The notes beneath the pieces are model-generated. The model did not search any database and had not been told where the DNA came from. It worked only from the letters and a program-made list of their open reading frames with translations. Below, piece by piece: positions 53,553 through 61,990 of a stretch of DNA of 64,000 nt (within the stretch, counting starts at the first letter, position 1; each line of letters starts with the position of its first letter). The translations under genes and the position numbers were made by a program. Origin of the DNA: an uncultured virus (IMG/VR IMGVR_UViG_3300010885_088079) (Duplodnaviria; Heunggongvirae; Uroviricota; Caudoviricetes); IMG/VR virus record IMGVR_UViG_3300010885_088079. One strand, written 5' to 3'.

Positions 53553-55634
53553 TCAGTCCTCCGACTCGGCTAAGTCCCCCCTAGCAAATATACCGCCAAC
53601 AAAGTCCAAAACGTCTGTAGCAGAACGCTCGTTATAGCCATACTGCTTTATGAGTCTTGTTTTTATTGCGTCGATCTTTTCTTGGATGTCTTTGTCTACA
53701 ACTGTGGCACCGCTAACATTTAGTGCGGACAACTTGATGGTATCCTTTACATCCTCGAAAAGTTTGGCCTCAAGAGCCTTCTTAAGCTTAGGATTTGAAT
53801 CCCATCTAAACTGCTTGTTCTTATGAGCTAGATCACCGATAAAAGCAGCAATCTGGCGTCTAAAGTCTTCAGCACCAGTTTCTGGTATCTGAATCTTTTC
53901 TTCTATCTGCCTCATAAGCCTTTCATCCGGCTTGCGGTCTTGACCCGTGATCGGATCCTTGATCTTAGACTTATTAATATAAGCCATGACATTGTCGATA
54001 TAATTAGTACAAAGTCTAATAATTGCATCTTCGTCTCCGACCAGTGCCTTTTGCACCTCAGCTTTAAGTATTTCTGTTAGCTTCTTGAGAGCTAGATCTA
54101 CACAAGAAATATATCTACCTACTTGCTCCTTGTTTGTTAAAAGGGAGCAATTGTCTAGGCCCTCTTTCAACTCGTTAAGAACCATGAACATATTGACATA
54201 TTCATGATTGTTAGCCAAGCAATTAGATATTTTGTCCTGTAGGTATCTGACAGACACACCGCCAGACATACCCTCTTCAGGATACTTATCTCTCATTTCT
54301 TTTACAGAGTCTTCTGTCCAACCAGGCAGTAGTCTTCCATCATACAATTCTGCTTTTTCTACTAGTGTGATCTTTCCGTCTTTATCGTCATGAAGTCTAG
54401 TGAGAACAGAGAAGAGAGCAGCGATTTCCAAAGTATGTGGAGCTATATGTTGCTTGACCTTTTCAGAACCATAATCTTTTTCAAGAATCTTTAGTTCTTC
54501 TGACCAACGTAAAGTATATGGAACGTCTATCTTTGTGGTTCTGTCCCTAAAAGCTTCCATATACTGATTGCTCTTTAGCTTTTGAAACTCTGGATCGTTC
54601 GTATGAGCGATAATAGCCTCATCGATTGATACCTGAGAGAACTTCTTTGGCTTAATTGATTGTTCTTGGCTTGCACCAAGAAGATCATATAAGAACGCTG
54701 TGTCGAGCTTCAAAACCTCGATAAATTCAATCAGGCCTCTATTCCCAGCACAAAATTCACCATCAAAAGAAAATGCTCTTGGATCAGAATCCGAACCAAA
54801 GTTACCAATCTGACGGAAGTTTATATCTCCAGTTAGCTCAGTCGAATCCTGATTCTTCTCGTCCTTTGGTTGGAAGGTTGCTATTCCGCAACGGTCTGAT
54901 TCGCTGTAAACCTTCCTTACAACTCTGATGTGATTTTCTAAAACTTTTTCTAAATCTCCATCATACTTCTTAAGTAGTGCATTCATGAACTTCTTGCACA
55001 ATGGGTCAAGCTCGTCATTGCACTTGAGAGTGTAAGTATCAGACCTTTTATCATCTGATAGGGACTCTTCATATATTTCATTAATTTTCTTTACAAATGG
55101 AAGTCTCACTTCCAGTGGTAATAGCTTGAGAGGCTGCTCGTGCATGGGGCATTCGCAGGTTGTATCATTATAAATACCATCTGCACCTGTGGGTAGATTT
55201 ACCCATTTAAAGGAATACCAAGCACCGTTATCGGTCTTAGAGAACCTTTCAAGACCTCTCTTTATTAGTCTGCATATTGTTGACTTAGAGCTTCCCACTG
55301 GGCCGTGAAGCAAAAGGATTCTTCGCTCTGTGCCGTACCCACCAGCGGCTCCCTTGATAAACTTTACTAGAGCATCCTTCATAGGAGTCAAGCCGACAAT
55401 TGGTAGATCACAGTCGTCAAAAAAGTTATAGTGAACATAGGTCTTTCTATATTCTTCGACAGTCTTGCTGCCCTTCTCCATTATCATTTCATAAATATTC
55501 TGCCATGAGTTTCTAAGCAGAGAAGGCTTTTGCTTGACCAAGTCCAAATATTCACTGAAACTCATTTCAGTGTTTAATGTTTGAAACTGTTCTTTGTTGA
55601 AACTGTTGATGATTTCTTTTAGCGTGTCAGTCAT
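53553..55634 (-). CDS. prkA: PrkA/YeaG family AAA+ serine kinase
   Basis: RILLLHGPVGSSKS, CPMHE.PL, F.P.DEKNQD..EL.G, SDPRAF, NRG..EF.E; ATG 55634 after GGAGG. Confidence 0.95.
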   Translation of the reverse strand: MTDTLKEIINSFNKEQFQTLNTEMSFSEYLDLVKQKPSLLRNSWQNIYEMIMEKGSKTVEEYRKTYVHYNFFDDCDLPIVGLTPMKDALVKFIKGAAGGYGTERRILLLHGPVGSSKSTICRLIKRGLERFSKTDNGAWYSFKWVNLPTGADGIYNDTTCECPMHEQPLKLLPLEVRLPFVKKINEIYEESLSDDKRSDTYTLKCNDELDPLCKKFMNALLKKYDGDLEKVLENHIRVVRKVYSESDRCGIATFQPKDEKNQDSTELTGDINFRQIGNFGSDSDPRAFSFDGEFCAGNRGLIEFIEVLKLDTAFLYDLLGASQEQSIKPKKFSQVSIDEAIIAHTNDPEFQKLKSNQYMEAFRDRTTKIDVPYTLRWSEELKILEKDYGSEKVKQHIAPHTLEIAALFSVLTRLHDDKDGKITLVEKAELYDGRLLPGWTEDSVKEMRDKYPEEGMSGGVSVRYLQDKISNCLANNHEYVNMFMVLNELKEGLDNCSLLTNKEQVGRYISCVDLALKKLTEILKAEVQKALVGDEDAIIRLCTNYIDNVMAYINKSKIKDPITGQDRKPDERLMRQIEEKIQIPETGAEDFRRQIAAFIGDLAHKNKQFRWDSNPKLKKALEAKLFEDVKDTIKLSALNVSGATVVDKDIQEKIDAIKTRLIKQYGYNERSATDVLDFVGGIFARGDLAESED

Positions 55635-55655
55635 ATTGTCCTCCGGTACCAACTA

Positions 55656-55683
55656 ATTATAGGAATAAAAAGATCTAGATCAA
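55656..55683 (-). promoter_or_regulatory. sigma70-like promoter for the prkA operon
   Basis: TTGATC-16nt-TATAAT. Confidence 0.55.
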
Positions 55684-55700
55684 GAACCAATATCGAAAAT

Positions 55701-56036
55701 TTAATTTCCGTCCCAGGATTCGTTTTTGTTTAAATCATTAATTTCATTATAGGGGGCATTGGGCGATTTTGAAGCGATCTCTGCTTTTTTACGCTGCTCG
55801 ATTACAGATGGCAAGTTATGCTTAAACCTGTAGTCATGCCCTGAATTCTCACTATTCCACCTGTCTGTGCCAACAGGGTTGGAAAAATTGAAGTTGCAAG
55901 CGGAAGCTAATTTTTCTTTTTTATCTGAGCCGCATTTTGGGCAAATGACAGAGGGATACCCTCCTGTTTCATCGTAGCTCGTAAATTCATCAAAAATAAT
56001 ATTGCAACTAAGGCACTGAAAGTCATAGATTGGAAT
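55701..56036 (-). CDS. FmdB-family zinc-ribbon protein, ATT start (not in the ORF track)
   Basis: (M)PIYDFQCLSC...ICPKCGS, 111 aa; AGGTGAT SD; in-frame TGA two codons upstream of ATT. Confidence 0.85.
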   Translation of the reverse strand: MPIYDFQCLSCNIIFDEFTSYDETGGYPSVICPKCGSDKKEKLASACNFNFSNPVGTDRWNSENSGHDYRFKHNLPSVIEQRKKAEIASKSPNAPYNEINDLNKNESWDGN

Positions 56037-56043
56037 AAATCAC

Positions 56044-56358
56044 CTATTTTTCTTCTTGTTCTAACTCCAACAAAAGATTTAGTTTTTTGTAAACCTTTTC
56101 TATATGATTTAATCTAGTATTTAAAGAATAAAATTTCCACAAGAAGGAACCTTTTGAAAGATCTATGGCATTGAGTAGCAATTTATACTTGAGTTTCTGT
56201 GATGTCTCTCTAAATTTGGCCTCGTAAAGAACCATTTCTTCTTCCAATATTCCTTTATACTCCTCAGGTGTAATTAAATACTCTTGAGAGTCGGAGTTGA
56301 GAAACCTTTCTACTTCCTCTCTATCTGGATCTTCGTCATCAAAATCAAACCTTCTCAT
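56044..56358 (-). CDS. hypothetical protein
   Basis: SD AGGAGG; ATGA overlap. Confidence 0.7.
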   Translation of the reverse strand: MRRFDFDDEDPDREEVERFLNSDSQEYLITPEEYKGILEEEMVLYEAKFRETSQKLKYKLLLNAIDLSKGSFLWKFYSLNTRLNHIEKVYKKLNLLLELEQEEK

Positions 56359-56936
56359 TGTAAAACTCCTCCTGAAATCGTTTGGAACAACTTTAGACTA
56401 GCATTCCACAAGCTTTCAATTTTTCTTTCGTTTAAAGACATACCTTGTTTAGAAAACTTTTTCACAAACAAAAAATACAAAGGACATTCTTCCTTATGTA
56501 TCCAATCGGCCGTGATAAAATGGCCCCAACCTCTTTTGTATGAACAAAAAGAAGATGGATCATCGGAAGAGGCTTTTGAAACTAAATCCGTATCATTCAG
56601 ATAGAGCAAATCACCTTCTTTTATAGTGCCTGTATCAAACCCAGATTCTTCAAAATCTCTAACACACATACAATATGGAGGAACAATCACAGTTGGTCTA
56701 AGCTCTATAGTTTCCTCACAGGATGAACCGTTGTACATTTTAAATTGTATTCCAATCTTTTTAGTCCATAAAAACATAGTGCCAGAAACGTTGTTCCTTT
56801 TACAAACAATGTTTACCTTGGCATCAGGTAAATTTTGGTTAATCGAATACCAACATAAATAAGACATCCAATTGTGACCAGGCAAATAGTCACAGGATAT
56901 AGTTATGTTCAATCCTTCACCCAAATAAGAAATCAT
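56355..56936 (-). CDS. hypothetical protein
   Basis: 193-aa ORF. Confidence 0.65.
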   Translation of the reverse strand: MISYLGEGLNITISCDYLPGHNWMSYLCWYSINQNLPDAKVNIVCKRNNVSGTMFLWTKKIGIQFKMYNGSSCEETIELRPTVIVPPYCMCVRDFEESGFDTGTIKEGDLLYLNDTDLVSKASSDDPSSFCSYKRGWGHFITADWIHKEECPLYFLFVKKFSKQGMSLNERKIESLWNASLKLFQTISGGVLQ

Positions 56937-57051
56937 AAAATAATAGAGTTATTTTATTTTTCTTTTAGGAATAAAAGGCTTAGCAGGCTTTATAGATGTA
57001 GACATAAGCCTACCTGGCGTGTGTCCTCTCTTAATTCCGTACAGCCATTCT

Positions 57052-57354
57052 TTAAAGGCCAGAACGACCATTTTGGGCTGCCATTTGGGACTTCTTAAGA
57101 TCATCCTGCTTTCTCTTTAACGAAGAGGATATTTCTCCCTTGATAGAATCCATATCAGGCCTTAGGCCTTTTGGGGTCGCTCCTTTTAATTTGGGATCGT
57201 TCATTACAGATTTAGCTATTATATCTGGGTTTGGGTTGTTGCCAGAAGAGGCTAAAGCCTGTGCAACAGAAGCAGTTTTTTGGGAATCATATTTGGCGTA
57301 AAGGTCATTTTCGACCACGCCCTTTTTAGCCAGCCATTCTGTGAATGAAATCAT
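57052..57354 (-). CDS. hypothetical protein with capsid-targeting-like N-terminus
   Basis: MISFTEWLAKKGVVE; SD GGAGG. Confidence 0.7.
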   Translation of the reverse strand: MISFTEWLAKKGVVENDLYAKYDSQKTASVAQALASSGNNPNPDIIAKSVMNDPKLKGATPKGLRPDMDSIKGEISSSLKRKQDDLKKSQMAAQNGRSGL

Positions 57355-57400
57355 TACAAACCTCCGTATGTAAACATATATAGTACTAAGGATTCATATT

Positions 57401-58759
57401 ATGAGACTAAATTTTAAAGAATGGATGTTAACGGAGGAGACCGCGAGCACGCTCCTAACGCCAAACCCAACAAAACAAAACGATCCAAAATACGACTTTT
57501 TGGTTGTACTTAACGCAAAAGAAATATATCAGGTTCTTAAAAAATATGGATTTAGGTTTTACAAGCCAGATCTCAGCTGGAGCCTACCTAGGTTTGCATA
57601 TGAAAAGCTAGATGACAATGCAAAAAATGAGCTAAAAAGCGTAGGGGTAGAAATAGATCTGTTCAATATGGATAGACAAGCAGCCATTTCACAGGGACAA
57701 GCTAAAAAAGCACAGGCAGTTTCTGATAGAGAAAAACAAGCCCAGCAAGCACAAGCAGATGCAGAAAACAGAAAAACTTTAGACTATACAGGAAGTAAAG
57801 TTGATCAGTTAATAAAAGGAGAATTAGAAGCAGTAAAAGAACTAAGTAAAAAAGAGGATAACGAAAAAGTAGAGCAAATGCTTGATACAATAATTCATCA
57901 AGTAGCCAACATGGTAGATGAAGCCAAAAAAAGTAAAATAATAAAAGACTTTTTAGAAATGGCAAGCAGGCTTTATCAGTACTCTGCTAGAAATCAGTGG
58001 CTAATTTACGCACAAAACCCAGAAGCAACAGATGTACAAAGCAAAACAAAATGGCTAGAACTTGGCAGACAAGTAACTCCAGAAGGAGAAAAAAACGCCA
58101 TGATAATATTCAGGCCAGTAGGCGTAAGACAAAGAATAGTGAAATCAAAAGAAATAGACAAGGCAACTGGGGAAGAAAAAGAGATAAAGAAAAGAGTACA
58201 ATTTGGAATTCCGAAAAGTTACGCAGTTGAATACGTCTATGACATATCTGACACGATAGAAAAAGCTGGTGCCAAATCTGTTTATAAACCACACTCGTGG
58301 AGACAAGACAGCAACGAGCCTGTAGAAGAATTGGGAGGAATAATTGCTGGCGTTCTAAAGTACGCCGAAGACAATCAAATACCTGTAGAGTTTAAAGATC
58401 TTAACTACGGACTTGGAGGATATGCTACTAAGCACGGAGTAACAATAAACAGTAAGTTTGATGGAATCAATAAAGCGTCAACCCTAATTCAAGAAATAGC
58501 ACACAAAATGATGCACTTCGTAGGAAAGAAAACAGATATAACAAGATCAGAAGCAGAACACGACGCAGAGACAGTCGCCTTCACAGTTCTGAAGTTCTTT
58601 GGCTTTGAAAGCAAAGACTCACCAGTCTACCTTTCATTGTGGGGAGGAACAAAAGAAAAGATCAAGTTACGCTCTAAGGGAATCAAAGAAACAGTGTCTT
58701 TGTTAATTAGGGCAATACAAGAGTACTATAAATCAGAAGGAATCCAACAGACCGTATGA
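57401..58759 (+). CDS. ArdC-like ssDNA-binding domain plus degenerate zincin (polyvalent-type) protein
   Basis: YSARNQWLI..Q.P.AT...W..LGRQV..GEK...VYDISDT; TLIQEIAH...E.DAE.VAF; MRLNFKEW start. Confidence 0.8.
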   Translation: MRLNFKEWMLTEETASTLLTPNPTKQNDPKYDFLVVLNAKEIYQVLKKYGFRFYKPDLSWSLPRFAYEKLDDNAKNELKSVGVEIDLFNMDRQAAISQGQAKKAQAVSDREKQAQQAQADAENRKTLDYTGSKVDQLIKGELEAVKELSKKEDNEKVEQMLDTIIHQVANMVDEAKKSKIIKDFLEMASRLYQYSARNQWLIYAQNPEATDVQSKTKWLELGRQVTPEGEKNAMIIFRPVGVRQRIVKSKEIDKATGEEKEIKKRVQFGIPKSYAVEYVYDISDTIEKAGAKSVYKPHSWRQDSNEPVEELGGIIAGVLKYAEDNQIPVEFKDLNYGLGGYATKHGVTINSKFDGINKASTLIQEIAHKMMHFVGKKTDITRSEAEHDAETVAFTVLKFFGFESKDSPVYLSLWGGTKEKIKLRSKGIKETVSLLIRAIQEYYKSEGIQQTV

Positions 58760-59001
58760 TAGACTTTAAAGAATGGAGAAAAAAAGAAGCAACGGTAGAA
58801 GTTGGACAGTATAAAATAATACTCCAAGACATAGGGAACGGAAGAATCTTATTGTCAGCAAGTTCGTCAGAGCAGATGATAGACAGTAAAAAAGAAGTAA
58901 AACAGGTAATAGATTTAACGGAGTTAAACAAACCAATAATGACAGGACTAGCTCTGTCCGCTCCGCTCATCGAGCCATACAACAGTAGAAACAACAACTA
59001 G
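58756..59001 (+). CDS. hypothetical protein with capsid-targeting-like N-terminus
   Basis: MIDFKEWRKKE; ATGA overlap. Confidence 0.65.
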   Translation: MIDFKEWRKKEATVEVGQYKIILQDIGNGRILLSASSSEQMIDSKKEVKQVIDLTELNKPIMTGLALSAPLIEPYNSRNNN

Positions 59002-59273
59002 TCGTACTTTTCAACACCGTTTTCATCAAAATAATGTAAAACCCAGCCAGCGGTGGAAAAAAACTTTCTATCAACCTTTATAATGCCAGCATGAATTTTT
59101 CTGTGGCACAACGAGCAAACAGTGACAGTGTTGTGGTCTGTGTATTTACCGCCTTTATTGCCCTCTATTATACGATGCACGTCTAAAAGCTCATAAGTAG
59201 AACAATCACAGAACTTGCACTTTTTATCTATAAGCTTTTTTATTTTTTTATTTATAAGCTTATGCTTTTTCAT
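58998..59273 (-). CDS. HNH endonuclease family protein
   Basis: CKFC...VHRI...GG....N...VCSLCH..IH. Confidence 0.8.
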   Translation of the reverse strand: MKKHKLINKKIKKLIDKKCKFCDCSTYELLDVHRIIEGNKGGKYTDHNTVTVCSLCHRKIHAGIIKVDRKFFSTAGWVLHYFDENGVEKYD

Positions 59274-60586
59274 TAAATAGAGCCGTTAATCTGATTGCAC
59301 CATCCTTTAGATTTGCTGTGCGGCCATACAACCCATGACTTAGGCCTAACAACAGTATCAAACTGTCGCCAAATCTTGCAATATTTATCGGGGTCCCTTT
59401 TCATTACATTAATCTCATTAATATCAGCATCCTTCCTGAATATCTCTGTTCCATTTTCGTCTTTAAAAACAACAACCCAAAAATCGTAGTCATCTTCAGG
59501 AACTTGAGAATACTGAACGTCGATACAATGCTTAAAAACAAAAGAAAAACTATCCAGCCATTCCTCTTCAGATTGCGAAGGAGGATTTGGTGGGTACTTT
59601 TTATCTAAAGTGTATCTTTGAACACCTCTTTTTGAAAATAGAATACCTGCGTATTTTTCGTAGTCGCGTAAGGTTCTTTCCTTGCCAAAACCATAAGGAC
59701 CATCATGCCCTTCTTGGGCCTCACCATCCATTCCAAATAACTTCCTGTTTATTAGATGACAAGCTTGGTTCTTTTTCCACCAAGACTTATCGTCATCCCA
59801 ATGTTTAGTTCTTCCTTTTCTAGTATATTCATGCCAACAAACGATTTTGTGAGGGTGGAAAAGATCATAACCATGGGTATATGCTCTAGCAGCTATAGAA
59901 ATTTCTTCGCCATGAAAGTAGTAGTCGGGGTTGTGCTGAACTTCTTTACAAAAAGCACCTAAAGTAAAACAGAAATGAGCCGAATAAAACCTAGCTGCAA
60001 TCGGCTCAGTTAAAGATTCGTGTTGAGGTATTCCTTCTGGAAGAAAGAAAACAACCCCCTCTGGGGTGAATCTGTCAAAAACCATACGCCAAGGTTGTTG
60101 AACCCTGCCTTTGGGGTCATTATCTGGGTCAAAAGAAGAAACGTATCCGGTCAATAGAGGCTTCTTGTGCCCCTTTGCTTGTAGTTCCTTAACCATGTTG
60201 ATAAGAATCTCATCCCAGTCCTTAACAAACCTCATATGAGAGTCTATTTGAAGAGTGTATGCTTCAGAACCGTATTGCTGTTGAACAAGATTTCTTGCCC
60301 AACACACACCCTTAGACTCGTTATGATCTATATCAACAATTTTAAATCTTGCATCATTCTCAAACTCAGATAAGTTGTCCCACGCATCTTCTTTACTATG
60401 CTGCCATGATATCCCAACAGAAAGGGCGTTGGGGTTTTTGGCCTGTTGGAGCATATCCTTTAGAGTAGGCACAAGTTGTGGGTCTCTATATGCGGCAATT
60501 TGGACAAATATAGTGTCCTTAGATAAACTTTTTTTAATAAATGAAGTCAAAGATTGCATATTAAAATAGCCTGTGTGTGGGTACAA
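59273..60586 (-). CDS. GT60 / Skp1-type hydroxyproline GlcNAc-transferase-like glycosyltransferase
   Basis: IFVQIAAYRDP, GVCWAR, QIDSHMRF..WD, YF.GEE, R.YT.GYD. Confidence 0.85.
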   Translation of the reverse strand: MYPHTGYFNMQSLTSFIKKSLSKDTIFVQIAAYRDPQLVPTLKDMLQQAKNPNALSVGISWQHSKEDAWDNLSEFENDARFKIVDIDHNESKGVCWARNLVQQQYGSEAYTLQIDSHMRFVKDWDEILINMVKELQAKGHKKPLLTGYVSSFDPDNDPKGRVQQPWRMVFDRFTPEGVVFFLPEGIPQHESLTEPIAARFYSAHFCFTLGAFCKEVQHNPDYYFHGEEISIAARAYTHGYDLFHPHKIVCWHEYTRKGRTKHWDDDKSWWKKNQACHLINRKLFGMDGEAQEGHDGPYGFGKERTLRDYEKYAGILFSKRGVQRYTLDKKYPPNPPSQSEEEWLDSFSFVFKHCIDVQYSQVPEDDYDFWVVVFKDENGTEIFRKDADINEINVMKRDPDKYCKIWRQFDTVVRPKSWVVWPHSKSKGWCNQINGSI

Positions 60587-60604
60587 GCTAATTAAGTAAC
60601 AACA

Positions 60605-61990
60605 TTATATTTTTGTACTGTGAAACTCTGTCTTTGTTTCTTTTAGGGCATTTTCTACAAATTCTATAATTCTACTATTCTCAGAATTCCTTGAGTCATG
60701 CCACTCTACCCAGAGTTTTTTTATGTTATTAGGCCAACCCAACTTAACCATACGCTCCAGAACCTTATATTCAGAATGTTCTATATCCATGAACAAATAG
60801 ATTTCCTTATTTGGATCAAAGGACTTTATAAATGACAAAATATCAATTGATTCCACAATAACACTACCAAAGTAATTCCCATACCAACGTCCAGCGTCGG
60901 TCTCCTCCAACAAGGAACCTTGATTTTTGCCGTCTGTGCCGTATTGATTGAATATGGTTCGACCGTCTCTAATCCAAACAGCTTTTTTGTGCACCTTAAC
61001 CCTACAGGAGGAAAAAGCACTAGAAAATTTCTCCGTATCCACTATAGGATTTGGCTCAAATACATGAACGTCCCAACTGGAGTCTATGTCCAGCTCATCT
61101 ACTTTCTTTCGTAAAGAAGAACATTCATAAGAACCGCAGTCTATAAAAACGTTATTAGATTGATTGCCTTTCTTGTCATACAAATCAGGAGAATTTTGCT
61201 TTAGAATGTTAAAGTATGTTCTCCAGTCACATTTAATTAAATTGTACTTAGAAGGATCTTTACAATAGGTTATATCAAATATCTTTTCGTCGCTTCCAAT
61301 GTATCCATTTTCTAAGCATTCATCTACTGTTGTTTTGAACTCCTGGGCGAGGTTGTCTATTAGGTTCGAGGGAGCCATAAAAGCAGTTCCTTGAATGAAC
61401 CTGACTTGGGACAGAGCGTGCGACTCTTTGTTGTTGACAATTATATTTTTTGAGTGGCTAAAAAAAGTTACTTTTGAGTTGTCTAACTGATTAACCTTGT
61501 CCAAGGATGGCCAAATCTCACCCTTGTATTTACCTATATTATCTCTTAAACCACCAGCGTCCACCCACATTAGCAAGTCATTGTCAAAATATCTTTTATC
61601 CTTAACATCTTTCAAAAACTCTACTTTGTTAAACATAATAATGTTGTAGAGAGGACGAATCATCTCAGGAACGTCAGAGTGGGTCTTGTTTCTAAAGCCT
61701 TCTGAGTTCATCAAGTCAGAAAATTTATCATAATAGTGCTTGTAATAATAAAGCTGTTCGAGGGGCTCTTTAATTAAAACTGTATTTTCAAAAGAAGGAT
61801 CAAACTCTTTTCTATATCCCTCAATTTCTTCTATGAACTTTTCTTCTGTGTAGATGACGATCTTGCAATTCAAAGAAAGTGTGTTTCTCATCCAATGGAG
61901 ATAAGTGTCATAAGACAAACTAAAAGAACTCCATCCATCCCTCCCTATATCGTAGAGGGACATCACCAATACAGGACTATTTATAGCCAT
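60605..61990 (-). CDS. HtrL/YibB-like glycosyltransferase fused to FkbM-type methyltransferase
   Basis: LYDIGR..W, Y...MFNK, WVDAG; then FIDCG, FEPNP, AVW, MDIE.SEY, VEWH. Confidence 0.8.
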   Translation of the reverse strand: MAINSPVLVMSLYDIGRDGWSSFSLSYDTYLHWMRNTLSLNCKIVIYTEEKFIEEIEGYRKEFDPSFENTVLIKEPLEQLYYYKHYYDKFSDLMNSEGFRNKTHSDVPEMIRPLYNIIMFNKVEFLKDVKDKRYFDNDLLMWVDAGGLRDNIGKYKGEIWPSLDKVNQLDNSKVTFFSHSKNIIVNNKESHALSQVRFIQGTAFMAPSNLIDNLAQEFKTTVDECLENGYIGSDEKIFDITYCKDPSKYNLIKCDWRTYFNILKQNSPDLYDKKGNQSNNVFIDCGSYECSSLRKKVDELDIDSSWDVHVFEPNPIVDTEKFSSAFSSCRVKVHKKAVWIRDGRTIFNQYGTDGKNQGSLLEETDAGRWYGNYFGSVIVESIDILSFIKSFDPNKEIYLFMDIEHSEYKVLERMVKLGWPNNIKKLWVEWHDSRNSENSRIIEFVENALKETKTEFHSTKI

